Shown one piece after another: positions 10,116 to 18,724 of a stretch of 64,000 bases of DNA. A program made the position numbers and the translations under genes. The notes beneath the pieces are model-generated. The model searched no databases. It had not been told where the DNA came from and saw only the letters and a program-made list of their open reading frames with translations. Each line of letters begins with the position of its first letter. The stretch's first letter is position 1. Source of the DNA: an uncultured Actinomycetes bacterium (GTDB taxonomy: Bacteria; Actinomycetota; Thermoleophilia; Gaiellales; Gaiellaceae); NCBI GenBank assembly GCA_963705875.1, contig OY970117.1, positions 1,316,279-1,380,278 on the forward strand, in the 5' to 3' direction.

Positions 10116-10700
10116 ATGGCTAACGAACTGAACGGCAAGCGGATCGCGTTCCTCGCGACCGACGGTGTGGAGCAGATCGAGCTGACCGAACCGTGGAAGG
10201 CCGTCGAGAAGGCCGGCGCCGAGCCGGTGCTGATCGCGTCCGAACCGGGCGAGATCCTCGGCCTGAACCACATCGACAAGGGCGACAAGTTCCAGGTCGA
10301 CGAGACGACCGGCGACGTGAACGCCGGCGACTTCGACGCGCTCGTCCTGCCCGGAGGCGTCGTCAACGCCGACGCGATCCGGATGGACGAGGACGCGGTC
10401 GTGTTCGTCCGGGACTTCTTCCTCGCCGGCAAGCCCGTCGGCGTCATCTGCCACGGGCCCTGGATCCTGGTCGAGGCAGGCGTCCTCGAGGGGCGCACGA
10501 TCACGTCGTGGCCGTCGGTTCGCACCGACATCGAGAACGCGGGCGCGACGTGGATCGACGAGCAGTGCCACGTCGACAAGGGCCTCGTCTCGAGCCGCAA
10601 GCCCGACGACCTCCCGGCGTTCTGCTCCAAGATCGTCGAGGAGTTCGCCGAGGGCATTCACGCCGAGCAGCGCGAGGCCGCGAAGGCCGCTGTCGGCTAG
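10116..10700 (+). CDS. DJ-1/PfpI family protein (type 1 glutamine amidotransferase-like)
   Basis: AAGGGGGA lies before the ATG at 10116. RIAFLATDGVEQIELTEPW...ALVLPGG...GKPVGVICHGPWILVEAGVL shows the nucleophile-elbow Cys-His. Confidence 0.9.
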   Translation: MANELNGKRIAFLATDGVEQIELTEPWKAVEKAGAEPVLIASEPGEILGLNHIDKGDKFQVDETTGDVNAGDFDALVLPGGVVNADAIRMDEDAVVFVRDFFLAGKPVGVICHGPWILVEAGVLEGRTITSWPSVRTDIENAGATWIDEQCHVDKGLVSSRKPDDLPAFCSKIVEEFAEGIHAEQREAAKAAVG

Positions 10701-11874
10701 CTAGCCGAGGGGAGCGGGTGCGGCGATCGGCTCGGGTTGCCGCACCCGCACCTTCGCCTTCGGAAGCGCGAAGGTGAGGAGCCAGCCGAGCGCCGGGCCG
10801 ATGGCGGTGATGAGGACGGCCGCCTCGATCGAGACGTCGTCCGCGACCGCGCCGAGCGAGATCGCCGCGATGCCGCCGAGGCCGATCGCCATCCCGATCG
10901 AGAGCCCGGACGCGAGTCCCACGCGCGACGGCATGTACTCCTGCGCCATCACGAGGCTGACGCCGAACGTCCCCACGAGCGCTGCGCCGGAGAGGATCAG
11001 CGCCGCCGAGCCGACCGGGCCGCCAACGATCGCGTAGACCGCGATCAGCGGCGCGGAGATCGCGTAGCTCATGCGCATCATCCGCCGGCGCCCGAAGCGG
11101 TCGGCGAGCGGGCCGCCGACCAGCGTCCCGACGGCGCCGGCCAGGAGGAACGCCGAGAGCAGGTGGATCCCGTAGGCGTCGCTCTTCCCGCGCGAGATCT
11201 CGTAGAGCGGGACGAACGTGAAGAGCCCCATGTGCGCGAGCGAGCGCAGGCCGACGACGCCGAGCAGGACCGCCATCCCGCGGCGCTGGCTGCGCTCGCG
11301 GCTCCCGCCGAACCCCGTCTCGGCGGTCGGCGCGAAGCTCGCCAGGTAGCGCAGCGAGAACAGCAGGGCGACGCCGACGACGAGCCCGGGGACCGCGATC
11401 AGCACGCCGCCCTCCAGTCCGAGTCCGAGCGTGAGGATCACGAACGACGCGACCAGCGGCCCGAGCGCGAAGCCGATGTTGCCGCCGACCGAGAAGAACG
11501 ACATGCCGCTCGCCCGCCGGCCGCCGCTCACGTAGCTCGCGAACTTCGATCCCTCCGGGTGGTACGCGGCGACGCCGAGCCCGGAGACGATCACGGCGAG
11601 CACGACGAGCCCGTACGACGGGACGACCGCGGCCGACGGCCATCCCGACGCCGGCGATCGCCACGCCGGCGGGCAGGAGCCAGAGCGCGCCGCGCGCGTC
11701 CGACCAGAGGCCGAAGAGCGGCTGGATGATCGACGAGGCGAACGTCCCGGCGAGAACGAGCGCGGCCGCCATCGTGTAGCTCAGCTCGAACTTGTCCACG
11801 AGGAACGGCAGGAACGCGGGCAGCGCGCCCTGCGCCAGGTCGGTGACGAGGTGTCCCGACGACAGCGCGGTCAT
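10701..11874 (-). CDS. MFS transporter; 1-nt frame break near 11632
   Basis: The N-terminal part MTALSSGHLVTDLAQGALPAFLPFLVDKFELSYTMAAALVLAGTFASSIIQPLFGLWSDARG (ORF 10501-11958) continues as VVPSYGLVVLAVIVSGLGVAAYHPEG...GPLADRFGRRR (ORF 10701-11603). It has 12-TM-like hydrophobicity. Length is 1174 nt = 3n+1. Confidence 0.8.
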
Positions 11875-12104
11875 CGCTTTTCGGTCGACAGGAGCGTGCT
11901 CGTCCACGGGCTCGGACACTACCGACCAACGCAGAAGCCCTCCGAAGAGGGCTTCCACTGGGAGAGATCGCCCGCGGGGAGGGGGGATGCGGGCGGAGAG
12001 GGTAGTACAGCGCGAAGTGCGCTTCGCCCGTATCGGCGCGTCTCCTTCCGGGCTTTAGGGGCAATGCCTCATTCGAGGCCGGGGCGAGCTAGCATCGTCC
12101 CGCC

Positions 12105-13566
12105 ATGGACGTCGCCGCCAGCACGAGCGCCCTCGAGGACGTCCAGGCCGACGTCCTCGTGCTCGCGGTGTCCGAGCCGGTCGAGCTGGGCGATCTTCAC
12201 GGGCTGGACGCGCGCCTGGGCGGCCGTCTCGAGCGGCTCCTGGCGGACGGCGAGCTCACCGCGAAGCGCGGCAAGCTGACGACGCTCCACCTCGACGGAG
12301 AGCTGGCCGCGAAGCGGCTCACGATCGCCGGGCTCGGGAAGAACCCCGACGCCGATGCCCTGTCGACGGCGGCCGCCGCGGTGGCGCGCGGCAAGGCGAC
12401 GACGGTCGCCTGGTGGGTCGAGTCCCCGGAGCAGGCGCGCGCGGTCGCCGACGGGCTCATGCTGGGGCGCTACGACGCCGGGCGCTGGAAGAGCGACGCC
12501 GAGAAGTCGCCGCCGCTCGAGACGCTCACGCTCTGCGGCCCGGGTGCCGAGGACGCGCTGGCCGGAGCGCAGCGAGCCGCGCTCGTCGCAGGCTGGCAGA
12601 ACCAGGCGCGCGACCTGGTGAACGCCCCGCCGAACGCGCTCACGCCGCTCCGGCTGGCGGAAGTGGCCACGGAGATCGAGGAACGCTTCGAGACGATCAC
12701 CGCCGAGATCCTCGGCCCCGAGGAGATCGAGGCCGCGGGCATGGGCTCGTTCCTCTCGGTGTCGGCCGGGAGCCACAACCCACCGTGCCTCATCACGCTG
12801 CGCTACGAGCCCGAGTCGCCCGCCGACCCGGAGCTCGTCCTCGGCATCGTCGGCAAGGGGATCACCTTCGACTCGGGCGGCTACTCACTGAAGCCGGCCA
12901 CCTCGATGGAGGACATGAAGTCGGACATGGGCGGCGCGGCCGCGGCGCTCTCCGCGCTGGGCGCGATCGCCGAGCTCCAGCTGCCCGTTCGCGTCGTCGT
13001 GGTCGTGCCGGCGACCGAGAACATGCTCTCCGGCCACGCGACCCGCCCGGGCGACGTCGTCGTCGCGTCCGACGGGACGACGATCGAGATCAACAACACG
13101 GACGCCGAGGGACGGCTGATCCTCGCCGACGCGCTCCTCCACGCGCGCAACGAGGGCGCGACGCACCTGCTCGACCTCGCGACCCTGACCGGGACGATCG
13201 AGGTCGCGCTCGGCAACTTCTACGCGGGCCTCTTCGCGCAACGACGATGCCTGGCGCGACCAGGTCGAGGCGGCGGCGAAGGCGAGCGGAGACCACGCCT
13301 GGCCGATGCCCGTCCATCCCGCCTACCGGCAGTACCTCGACTCCCCGATCGCGGACATGAAGAACACGCCGCCGACCAAACGCGGCGGCGCCACGATCGC
13401 GGCGCTCTTCCTCAAGCGGTTCGCGGGCGAGGGCCCGTGGGCGCACCTCGACATCGCCGGTACCGCGTTCCTCGACAGCGGACGCGACTACTATCCCGCG
13501 GGCGCGACCGGCTACGGAGTCCGCCTCGTCGTCGAGCTTGCGTCCTCCCTCCCCCCGGCCGAATGA
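12105..13566 (+). CDS. pepA: leucyl aminopeptidase (M17); 1-nt frame break near 13240
   Basis: The first 378 aa of ORF 12105-14699 carry the M17 motifs (VGKGITFDSGGYSLKP, NTDAEGRLILADAL). The true C-terminus NDDAWRDQVEAAAKASGDHAWPMPVHPAYRQYLDSPIADMKN...DIAGTAF is ORF 13306-13566. Confidence 0.9.
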
Positions 13567-14699
13567 CGAACTACGACCTCTCCGACGAGCACGAACTGCT
13601 GCGCTCGACCGTGCGCGAGTTCGCGGAGGCGCAGGTCGCGCCGGTCGCCGAGGAGCTCGACCGTGAGCACCGCTTCCCGTACGAGATCGTCGCGGGCCTC
13701 GCCGAGCTCGGGCTCATGGGCGTCCCGATCCCGGAGGAGTACGGCGGCGCGGGCGCGGACACGCTGGCGTACGCGATCGCGATCGAGGAGCTGACGCGGA
13801 TCGACTCCTCCGTGGCGATCACCGTCGCCGCGCACACCTCGCTCGGGACGATGCCGATCTTCATGTTCGGCTCCGAGGAGCAGAAGCGCGAGTGGCTCCC
13901 CGATCTCGCCTCGGGCCGGCGGCTGGCGGCGTTCGGCCTGACCGAGCCCGGCGCCGGCTCCGACGCGGGCGCGACCCGCACGACGGCGGAGTTGCGCGAC
14001 GGGCAGTGGGTCGTGAACGGCTCGAAGATCTTCATCACCAACGCGGGCACGGACATCACCTGGGCGACGACGATCACGGCGAAGACCGGCGAGGACGAGA
14101 TCTCGAACATCGTCATGCCGAACGGCACCCCCGGCTTCGAGATCTCGGCGCCGATGGAGAAGATCGGCTGGCGCGCATCCGACACGCGCGAGCTGTCCTT
14201 CTCGGACGTGGCCGTGCCCGAGGGGAACCTGCTCGGCCCGCGCGGCGAGGGGTTCCGCCAGTTCCTCAAGATCCTCGACGGCGGCCGCATCTCGGTCGCG
14301 TCGATGGGCGTCGGCATCGCGCAGGGCGCCTACGAGCAGGCGTTCACCTACGCGAAGCAGCGCGAGCAGTTCGGCAAGTCGATCTCGCGGTTCCAGGCGG
14401 TGCAGTTCAAGCTCGCCGACATGGCGACCGAGATCGAGGCCGGCCGCCAGCTCGTCTACAAGGCGGCGTGGCTGAAAGACCAGGGCCGCCCGTTCGCGAC
14501 CGAGGCGGCGATGGCGAAGCTCTACACCGGGCTCCTCTCGAACCGTGTCGTCAACGACGCCCTCCAGATCCACGGCGGCTACGGCTACATGGACGAGTAC
14601 GCGATCTCGCGCTTCTACCGCGACCAGAAGATCCTCGAGATCGGCGAGGGCACGAACGAGGTACAGCGCATGGTGATCGCGAAGCAGCTCGGCCTCTAG
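13563..14699 (+). CDS. acyl-CoA dehydrogenase (short/branched-chain type; possible isovaleryl-CoA dehydrogenase by context)
   Basis: ATG at 13563 overlaps the pepA stop (ATGA). MTNYDLSDEHELLRSTVREFAE...GLTEPGAGSDAG...ITNAG...[44 protein letters not shown]. Confidence 0.92.
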   Translation: MTNYDLSDEHELLRSTVREFAEAQVAPVAEELDREHRFPYEIVAGLAELGLMGVPIPEEYGGAGADTLAYAIAIEELTRIDSSVAITVAAHTSLGTMPIFMFGSEEQKREWLPDLASGRRLAAFGLTEPGAGSDAGATRTTAELRDGQWVVNGSKIFITNAGTDITWATTITAKTGEDEISNIVMPNGTPGFEISAPMEKIGWRASDTRELSFSDVAVPEGNLLGPRGEGFRQFLKILDGGRISVASMGVGIAQGAYEQAFTYAKQREQFGKSISRFQAVQFKLADMATEIEAGRQLVYKAAWLKDQGRPFATEAAMAKLYTGLLSNRVVNDALQIHGGYGYMDEYAISRFYRDQKILEIGEGTNEVQRMVIAKQLGL

Positions 14700-14730
14700 T
14701 CGCTGCACCTCGTTCGCAACGCCATCCCGT

Positions 14731-14748
14731 GCCAGGCTTCAGCCTGGC
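14731..14748 (+). terminator. short hairpin after the acyl-CoA dehydrogenase gene
   Basis: GCCAGGC-TTCA-GCCTGGC followed by TTggg, 32 nt after the TAG. The U-tract is weak. Confidence 0.4.
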
Positions 14749-14764
14749 TTGGGCGTGCGATCAG

Positions 14765-14800
14765 CAGCGCATGGTCATCGCGAAGCACCTCGGGCTCTGA
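14765..14800 (+). pseudogene. 36-nt relic of the 3' end of a second acyl-CoA dehydrogenase gene (QRMVIAKHLGL-stop)
   Basis: CAGCGCATGGTCATCGCGAAGCACCTCGGGCTCTGA compared with the real gene end CAGCGCATGGTGATCGCGAAGCAGCTCGGCCTCTAG (14664-14699). 31 of 36 positions are identical. The sense-codon differences sit only at codon third positions (GTC/GTG, CAC/CAG, GGG/GGC), and the stop codon also differs (TGA/TAG). Confidence 0.6.
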
Positions 14801-14835
14801 GCCCGTGCCCAAGGTCCGAGTGGACACGGGGTGTG

Positions 14836-14955
14836 ACGACTTCGTGCCGATCGATCCCAAGTTGCAGACTGTTACTAAGTCGGAAGCGCTCGAACCCTTT
14901 GACCATGCGGGTTTGCGGCGGCTCTCCCGCGCAAGCAACAGACTGCAACTAAGTC
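14836..14955 (-). repeat. extragenic repeat family 1, copy 2 (inverted relative to copy 1)
   Basis: The reverse complement reads gacttagttgcagtctgttgct ... gacttagtaacagtctgcaacttgggatcgatcggcacgaagtcgt. The half-site spacing is the same 74 nt. 43 of 46 positions match copy 1 in the right part and 19 of 22 in the left half-site. Confidence 0.8.
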
Positions 14956-15040
14956 GCCGGGAACGGCGGCACGAGAGGTGTCACGTGGCACGCCGGGCGG
15001 CCCGGCGTAGGATCGCGCCACTCAACACAAAGGGGATCGA

Positions 15041-15292
15041 ATGCCTCTCTTCATGGACGTGCACAACGTGGAAGGTGGCGTGTCGGCAACCGACGTGGCC
15101 GCCGCGCACATGGCCGACCTGCAGGAGCAGGCCGCCCATGACGTCGACTACAAGCAGTACTGGGTCGACGAGAAGGCCGGGAAGATCTTCTGCCTCGTCG
15201 AGGCGCCGAACGCCGACGCCGCGCACACGGTGCACCGCGAGGCACACGGGCTCGTCGCCGACGAGATCTACGAGGTCATCCAGGGCGACTGA
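15041..15292 (+). CDS. DUF4242-type small protein (SCO4226-like)
   Basis: AAGGGGA lies before the ATG. MPLFMDVHNVEGGVSATDVAAAHMADLQEQAAHDVDYKQYWVDEKAGKIFCLVEAPNADAAHTVHREAHG matches the MPxFMDxH...KxFCLxEAP pattern of this family. Confidence 0.8.
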   Translation: MPLFMDVHNVEGGVSATDVAAAHMADLQEQAAHDVDYKQYWVDEKAGKIFCLVEAPNADAAHTVHREAHGLVADEIYEVIQGD

Positions 15293-15304
15293 CCGGAGCT
15301 TGCA

Positions 15305-15328
15305 GGGCGCCCCGTTCGGCGGGCGCCC
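15305..15328. terminator. palindromic GC hairpin between convergent genes
   Basis: GGGCGCCC-cgttcggc-GGGCGCCC lies between the stop at 15292 (+) and the stop at 15335 (-). There is no clear U-tract. Confidence 0.4.
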
Positions 15329-15334
15329 AAAGGC

Positions 15335-16519
15335 TCAGCCGAGCCGCTCGGCGTCGTAGCCCCACTCCGCGAGCCGGGCGAGCACCTCGTTGCAGTGCTC
15401 CTCGTCCCGCGTCTGGAGCGTGAGCTCGACCCCGGTGACGCCGAGCGTCGCGTCGAGGCCTTCGCGCTGGTGCTGGACGGCGATCAGGTTCACGCGCTCG
15501 CCCGCGATCTGGGTGAGGAGCTTCGCGAGCGCTCCGGGCCGGTCGGGAACCTGCGTCCGGACGACGAGGAAGCGTCCCGCGCGCGAGAGGCTGTAGCGCG
15601 CGATCTCGATCAGGAGGCTCGCGTCGACGTTCCCGCCCGAGAGGAGCGCCGCCGCACGGCCCGTGCCCTCGACCTTCCCCGCCAGGAGCGCCGCCAGCGA
15701 CGCGGCGCCCGCACCCTCGACGACGAGCTTGGCCCGCTCGAGGAGCAGGACGATGGCGTGCCCGATCTCCGCGTCCGTGACCGTGACGATCTGGTCGAGC
15801 TTCTCGGCCAGGATCGCCGAGGTCAGCTCGCCGGGATGCTTGACCGCGATCCCGTCCGCGATCGTGTGTCCGCCCACCGCGCCGCCCGCGAGCGGCGCGC
15901 ACGCCTCGGCCTGGACGCCGATGAGCCGCAGCTCCGGCCGCAGCTCCCGTAGCGCGATCGCGATTCCCGAGGCAAGCCCGCCCCCGCCGACCGGGAGCAC
16001 CGCGACCTCCGTGTCCGGGGGAAGCTGCTCGGCCAGCTCGAGCCCGAGCGTCCCCTGGCCCGCGATCACCTTCGGATCCTCGAACGCATGGATGAGCGTC
16101 GCGCCCTTGGCCTCGAGCGCGCGGCTCTCCTGGTCGGCCTCGTCGTAGTCCAGCCCGGTCATGACCACCTCGGCGCCGTAGCCGCGCGCGGCGTCGACCT
16201 TCGCCATCGGCGCGAACTCGGGCACGAAGATCGTCGCCGGGATGCCCGCCTCGCGCGCCGCCCACGCGACCGCCTGGCCGTGGTTTCCTGCGCTGGCCGC
16301 GACGACGCCGCCGCTCCGCTCCTCGTCGGTGAGCCCCGCGATCTTCGCGACCGCGCCGCGGATCTTGAACGAGCCCGTCCGCTGGAGGTTCTCCGCCTTG
16401 AGCACGACCGGCCGGCCCGCGAACCCGCCGATCGTCTCCGACGTCATGACGGGGGTCACGCGCGCGTAGCCGGCGATCAAGCCCCGTGCCGCTTCGATGT
16501 CAGCGAGCGTCGGGCCCAT
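15335..16519 (-). CDS. ilvA: threonine ammonia-lyase (PLP-dependent, with C-terminal ACT-like domain)
   Basis: Intact 394 aa. KAENLQRTGSFKIRGA contains the PLP lysine; SAGNHGQAVA is also present. A C-terminal regulatory domain follows. Confidence 0.88.
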   Translation of the reverse strand: MGPTLADIEAARGLIAGYARVTPVMTSETIGGFAGRPVVLKAENLQRTGSFKIRGAVAKIAGLTDEERSGGVVAASAGNHGQAVAWAAREAGIPATIFVPEFAPMAKVDAARGYGAEVVMTGLDYDEADQESRALEAKGATLIHAFEDPKVIAGQGTLGLELAEQLPPDTEVAVLPVGGGGLASGIAIALRELRPELRLIGVQAEACAPLAGGAVGGHTIADGIAVKHPGELTSAILAEKLDQIVTVTDAEIGHAIVLLLERAKLVVEGAGAASLAALLAGKVEGTGRAAALLSGGNVDASLLIEIARYSLSRAGRFLVVRTQVPDRPGALAKLLTQIAGERVNLIAVQHQREGLDATLGVTGVELTLQTRDEEHCNEVLARLAEWGYDAERLG

Positions 16520-17483
16520 CGCCGTCCACGTGGAAGACCTTGACGAGGATCTCCTGCACCGCGCTCAGCGGGTCGAGCTTGCGGCTCTTCACCTCGTCGA
16601 GGAGCCGCTGCAGCTCGGGATCTCCGCCGACCGCGAGCTCGAGGTGCGTCTTCGCCCGCGCGCTCGCGACCGCGAACACCTCGCCGGCGAGCTTCTCGGC
16701 GCGCCGCTCGACGAGCAGGTCGTTGTCCTCGAGATGCGCCCGGTGCTCCTCGATCTTCTCCCAGAGCTCGTCGGTGCCGCCGTTCGAGACCGCCTCGGTG
16801 AGGACGATCGGCGGCTTCCAGTCGCGCTCCTTCTCGATCTGGAGGATCGAGCGCACCTCGGTCACCATCGTGCGGGCCGCCGGATGGTCGCGCTTGTTCA
16901 CGACGATCACGTCGGGGATCTCCATGATCCCGGCCTTGAGCGCCTGGATCGCATCACCCGAGCCGGGCATGAGCGCGAGCACGGTCGTGTCGGCGAGGCC
17001 GGTGATCTCCACCTCGCTCTGCCCGGTGCCGACCGTCTCGACATAGATCAGGTCCTTCCCCGCCGCGTCGAGGATAAGCGCGGCCTGCAGCGTCGCCTCG
17101 GCCAGGCCGCCCAGATGCCCGCGCGTGCCCATCGAGCGGATGAAGACGTCGGGATCGAGGAAATGGTCGGCGAGGCGGATCCGGTCTCCGAGCAGCGCGC
17201 CGGACGTGAAAGGGCTGGAGGGGTCGACCGAGATGACCCCGACCGTCTTGTCCAGTGCGCGGACGTGGCGGACGAGCGAGCCGACGAGCGTCGACTTCCC
17301 CACGCCCGGCGGGCCGGTCATCCCGACGATGTACGCGCGGCCCGTGTCCGAGTAGACCGCGGCGACGAGCTCGGCGGCGAGCGGGTCGCGGTCCTCGACG
17401 AGGCTGATCGCGCGGGCGAGCGCGCGGCGGTCGCCCGAGCGGATGCCCTCGACGAGCGAGTCGAGCGTCCACTCGTTCGGCAC
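16500..17483 (-). CDS. meaB: methylmalonyl-CoA mutase-associated G3E GTPase (MeaB/ArgK)
   Basis: The GTG at 17483 shares one base with the upstream TAG (CTAGTG). VPNEWTLDSLVEGIRSGDRRALARAISLVE...GMTGPPGVGKSTL...ETVGTGQSE...VVNKRD. Confidence 0.88.
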   Translation of the reverse strand: MPNEWTLDSLVEGIRSGDRRALARAISLVEDRDPLAAELVAAVYSDTGRAYIVGMTGPPGVGKSTLVGSLVRHVRALDKTVGVISVDPSSPFTSGALLGDRIRLADHFLDPDVFIRSMGTRGHLGGLAEATLQAALILDAAGKDLIYVETVGTGQSEVEITGLADTTVLALMPGSGDAIQALKAGIMEIPDVIVVNKRDHPAARTMVTEVRSILQIEKERDWKPPIVLTEAVSNGGTDELWEKIEEHRAHLEDNDLLVERRAEKLAGEVFAVASARAKTHLELAVGGDPELQRLLDEVKSRKLDPLSAVQEILVKVFHVDGDGPDAR

Positions 17484-18724
17484 TAGAGCCGCTCCTGCAC
17501 GACGACCGGCACGGCCGCCTCGGCCCAGCCGCGAAGGAGCGCGTAGCCGGTGATCGCCCCCGCGGCGCACAGGCCGGCCGCGACCACCCAGGCGGCGCGC
17601 GCGCCCCACTCGTTGATGAACGGCCCGGCGGCGATCATCCCGAGGCCGAGCACGAGGTAGCTGGCGCTCATGAGGACGGAGAAGGCGCGGCCGCGCAGCG
17701 CATCGGGCGCGCCGCGCTGCACGAGCACGGCGTTGCAGACGACCGCCGCGCCGTTTCCGATCCCGGCGCAGACGGCGAACCCGGCCGCGACCCAGACGTT
17801 CGGCGACAGGGCGGCGGCCAGGAGGCCGGCGGCCATGATCGCGATCGACGCGCCGTACGGCCCGCGGGTGCCGCGCCGCTCGATCACCGCGCCCGCGCCG
17901 AGACTCCCGACCACGAGTCCCATCGCGCCGCCGGCGACGAGGAAGCCGAAGCCGAAGTCCCCGGCGCCGAAGACCTCCTTCGCCAGGAAGATCTCGCCGA
18001 CGTTGACGCCCGCGTTCGCGAGCATGACGAGGCTCCAGGCGATGAGCACGGTGAGGAGCGGCCGCTCGTGGACCACGAGGCGCACGCCGGCGGCGAGGTC
18101 GCGAAAATGGCCGCGGCTCGGCTCGCGCTCCTTCTCCTCGAGGCTCGAATGGATGCGCAGGAGGAAGACCGCCGAGACGACGAAGCTGAGCGCGTTGATC
18201 GCGTACGCGGCGTCGGGGCTGGCCACGGCCACCACGGCGCCGCCGACCAGCGCGCCGATCGCCCAGGTCAGGTTGTCGGCCGACTGGAGGAGCGCGTTCG
18301 CGCGCGGAAGCCGGCTGGGCGGGACGAGGTTCGGCAGTCCCGCGTAGGCCGCCGGCCGGAAGAAGCTCGTCGCGACGCCGGCGACGAAGGCGAGCCCGAC
18401 GATCGCGAGCACGGTCGGCGCGAACGGGATGAGGACGAAGACGATCGCGCGCACGAGGTCGGCGGCGACGAGGATCCGGCGGCGCGAGAAGCGGTCGACG
18501 AGCGGCCCGATGAGGAACCCGGCGACGGCGAGCGGCAGGAACTCGGCGATGAGGAGCGCGCTCACCCAGCGCGCGTCGCCGTCGGTCATGTTGGTCACGT
18601 CCACGACGAGCGCGATGAACGCGAGCCAGGTTCCGGCCCCGGAGGCGAGCGCGGCGTAGAAGAGCAGTCCGAAGTCGGGCGACTCGCGCACCGGCGAAAG
18701 CCGCGATGCGAGGGCCCGAAGCAC
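17483..18724 (-). CDS. MFS transporter (EntS/YbdA-like topology)
   Basis: The GTG at 18724 shares one base with the hisC TAG (CTAGTG). This is the in-frame lower 413 codons of ORF 17483-19606: VLRALASRLSPVRESPDFGLLFYAALASGAGTWLAFIALVV...GPLVDRFSRRR, with 12 hydrophobic segments. Confidence 0.85.
   Translation of the reverse strand: MLRALASRLSPVRESPDFGLLFYAALASGAGTWLAFIALVVDVTNMTDGDARWVSALLIAEFLPLAVAGFLIGPLVDRFSRRRILVAADLVRAIVFVLIPFAPTVLAIVGLAFVAGVATSFFRPAAYAGLPNLVPPSRLPRANALLQSADNLTWAIGALVGGAVVAVASPDAAYAINALSFVVSAVFLLRIHSSLEEKEREPSRGHFRDLAAGVRLVVHERPLLTVLIAWSLVMLANAGVNVGEIFLAKEVFGAGDFGFGFLVAGGAMGLVVGSLGAGAVIERRGTRGPYGASIAIMAAGLLAAALSPNVWVAAGFAVCAGIGNGAAVVCNAVLVQRGAPDALRGRAFSVLMSASYLVLGLGMIAAGPFINEWGARAAWVVAAGLCAAGAITGYALLRGWAEAAVPVVVQERL

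Noticed and set aside
12105-14699. Apparent 864-aa PepA-acyl-CoA dehydrogenase fusion protein.
   Set aside because: This is an artefact of the 1-nt insertion near 13240. The real PepA C-terminus is in the next frame (13306-13566), and the dehydrogenase has its own ATG at 13563 overlapping that stop. The linking ~110 aa are Arg/Pro-rich nonsense.
9144-14955. Composite transposon or genomic island bounded by the inverted 120-nt repeats.
   Set aside because: I could recognise no transposase, integrase or recombinase gene, no target-site duplication and no compositional shift inside the block. It is kept only as a possible recombination or inversion substrate.
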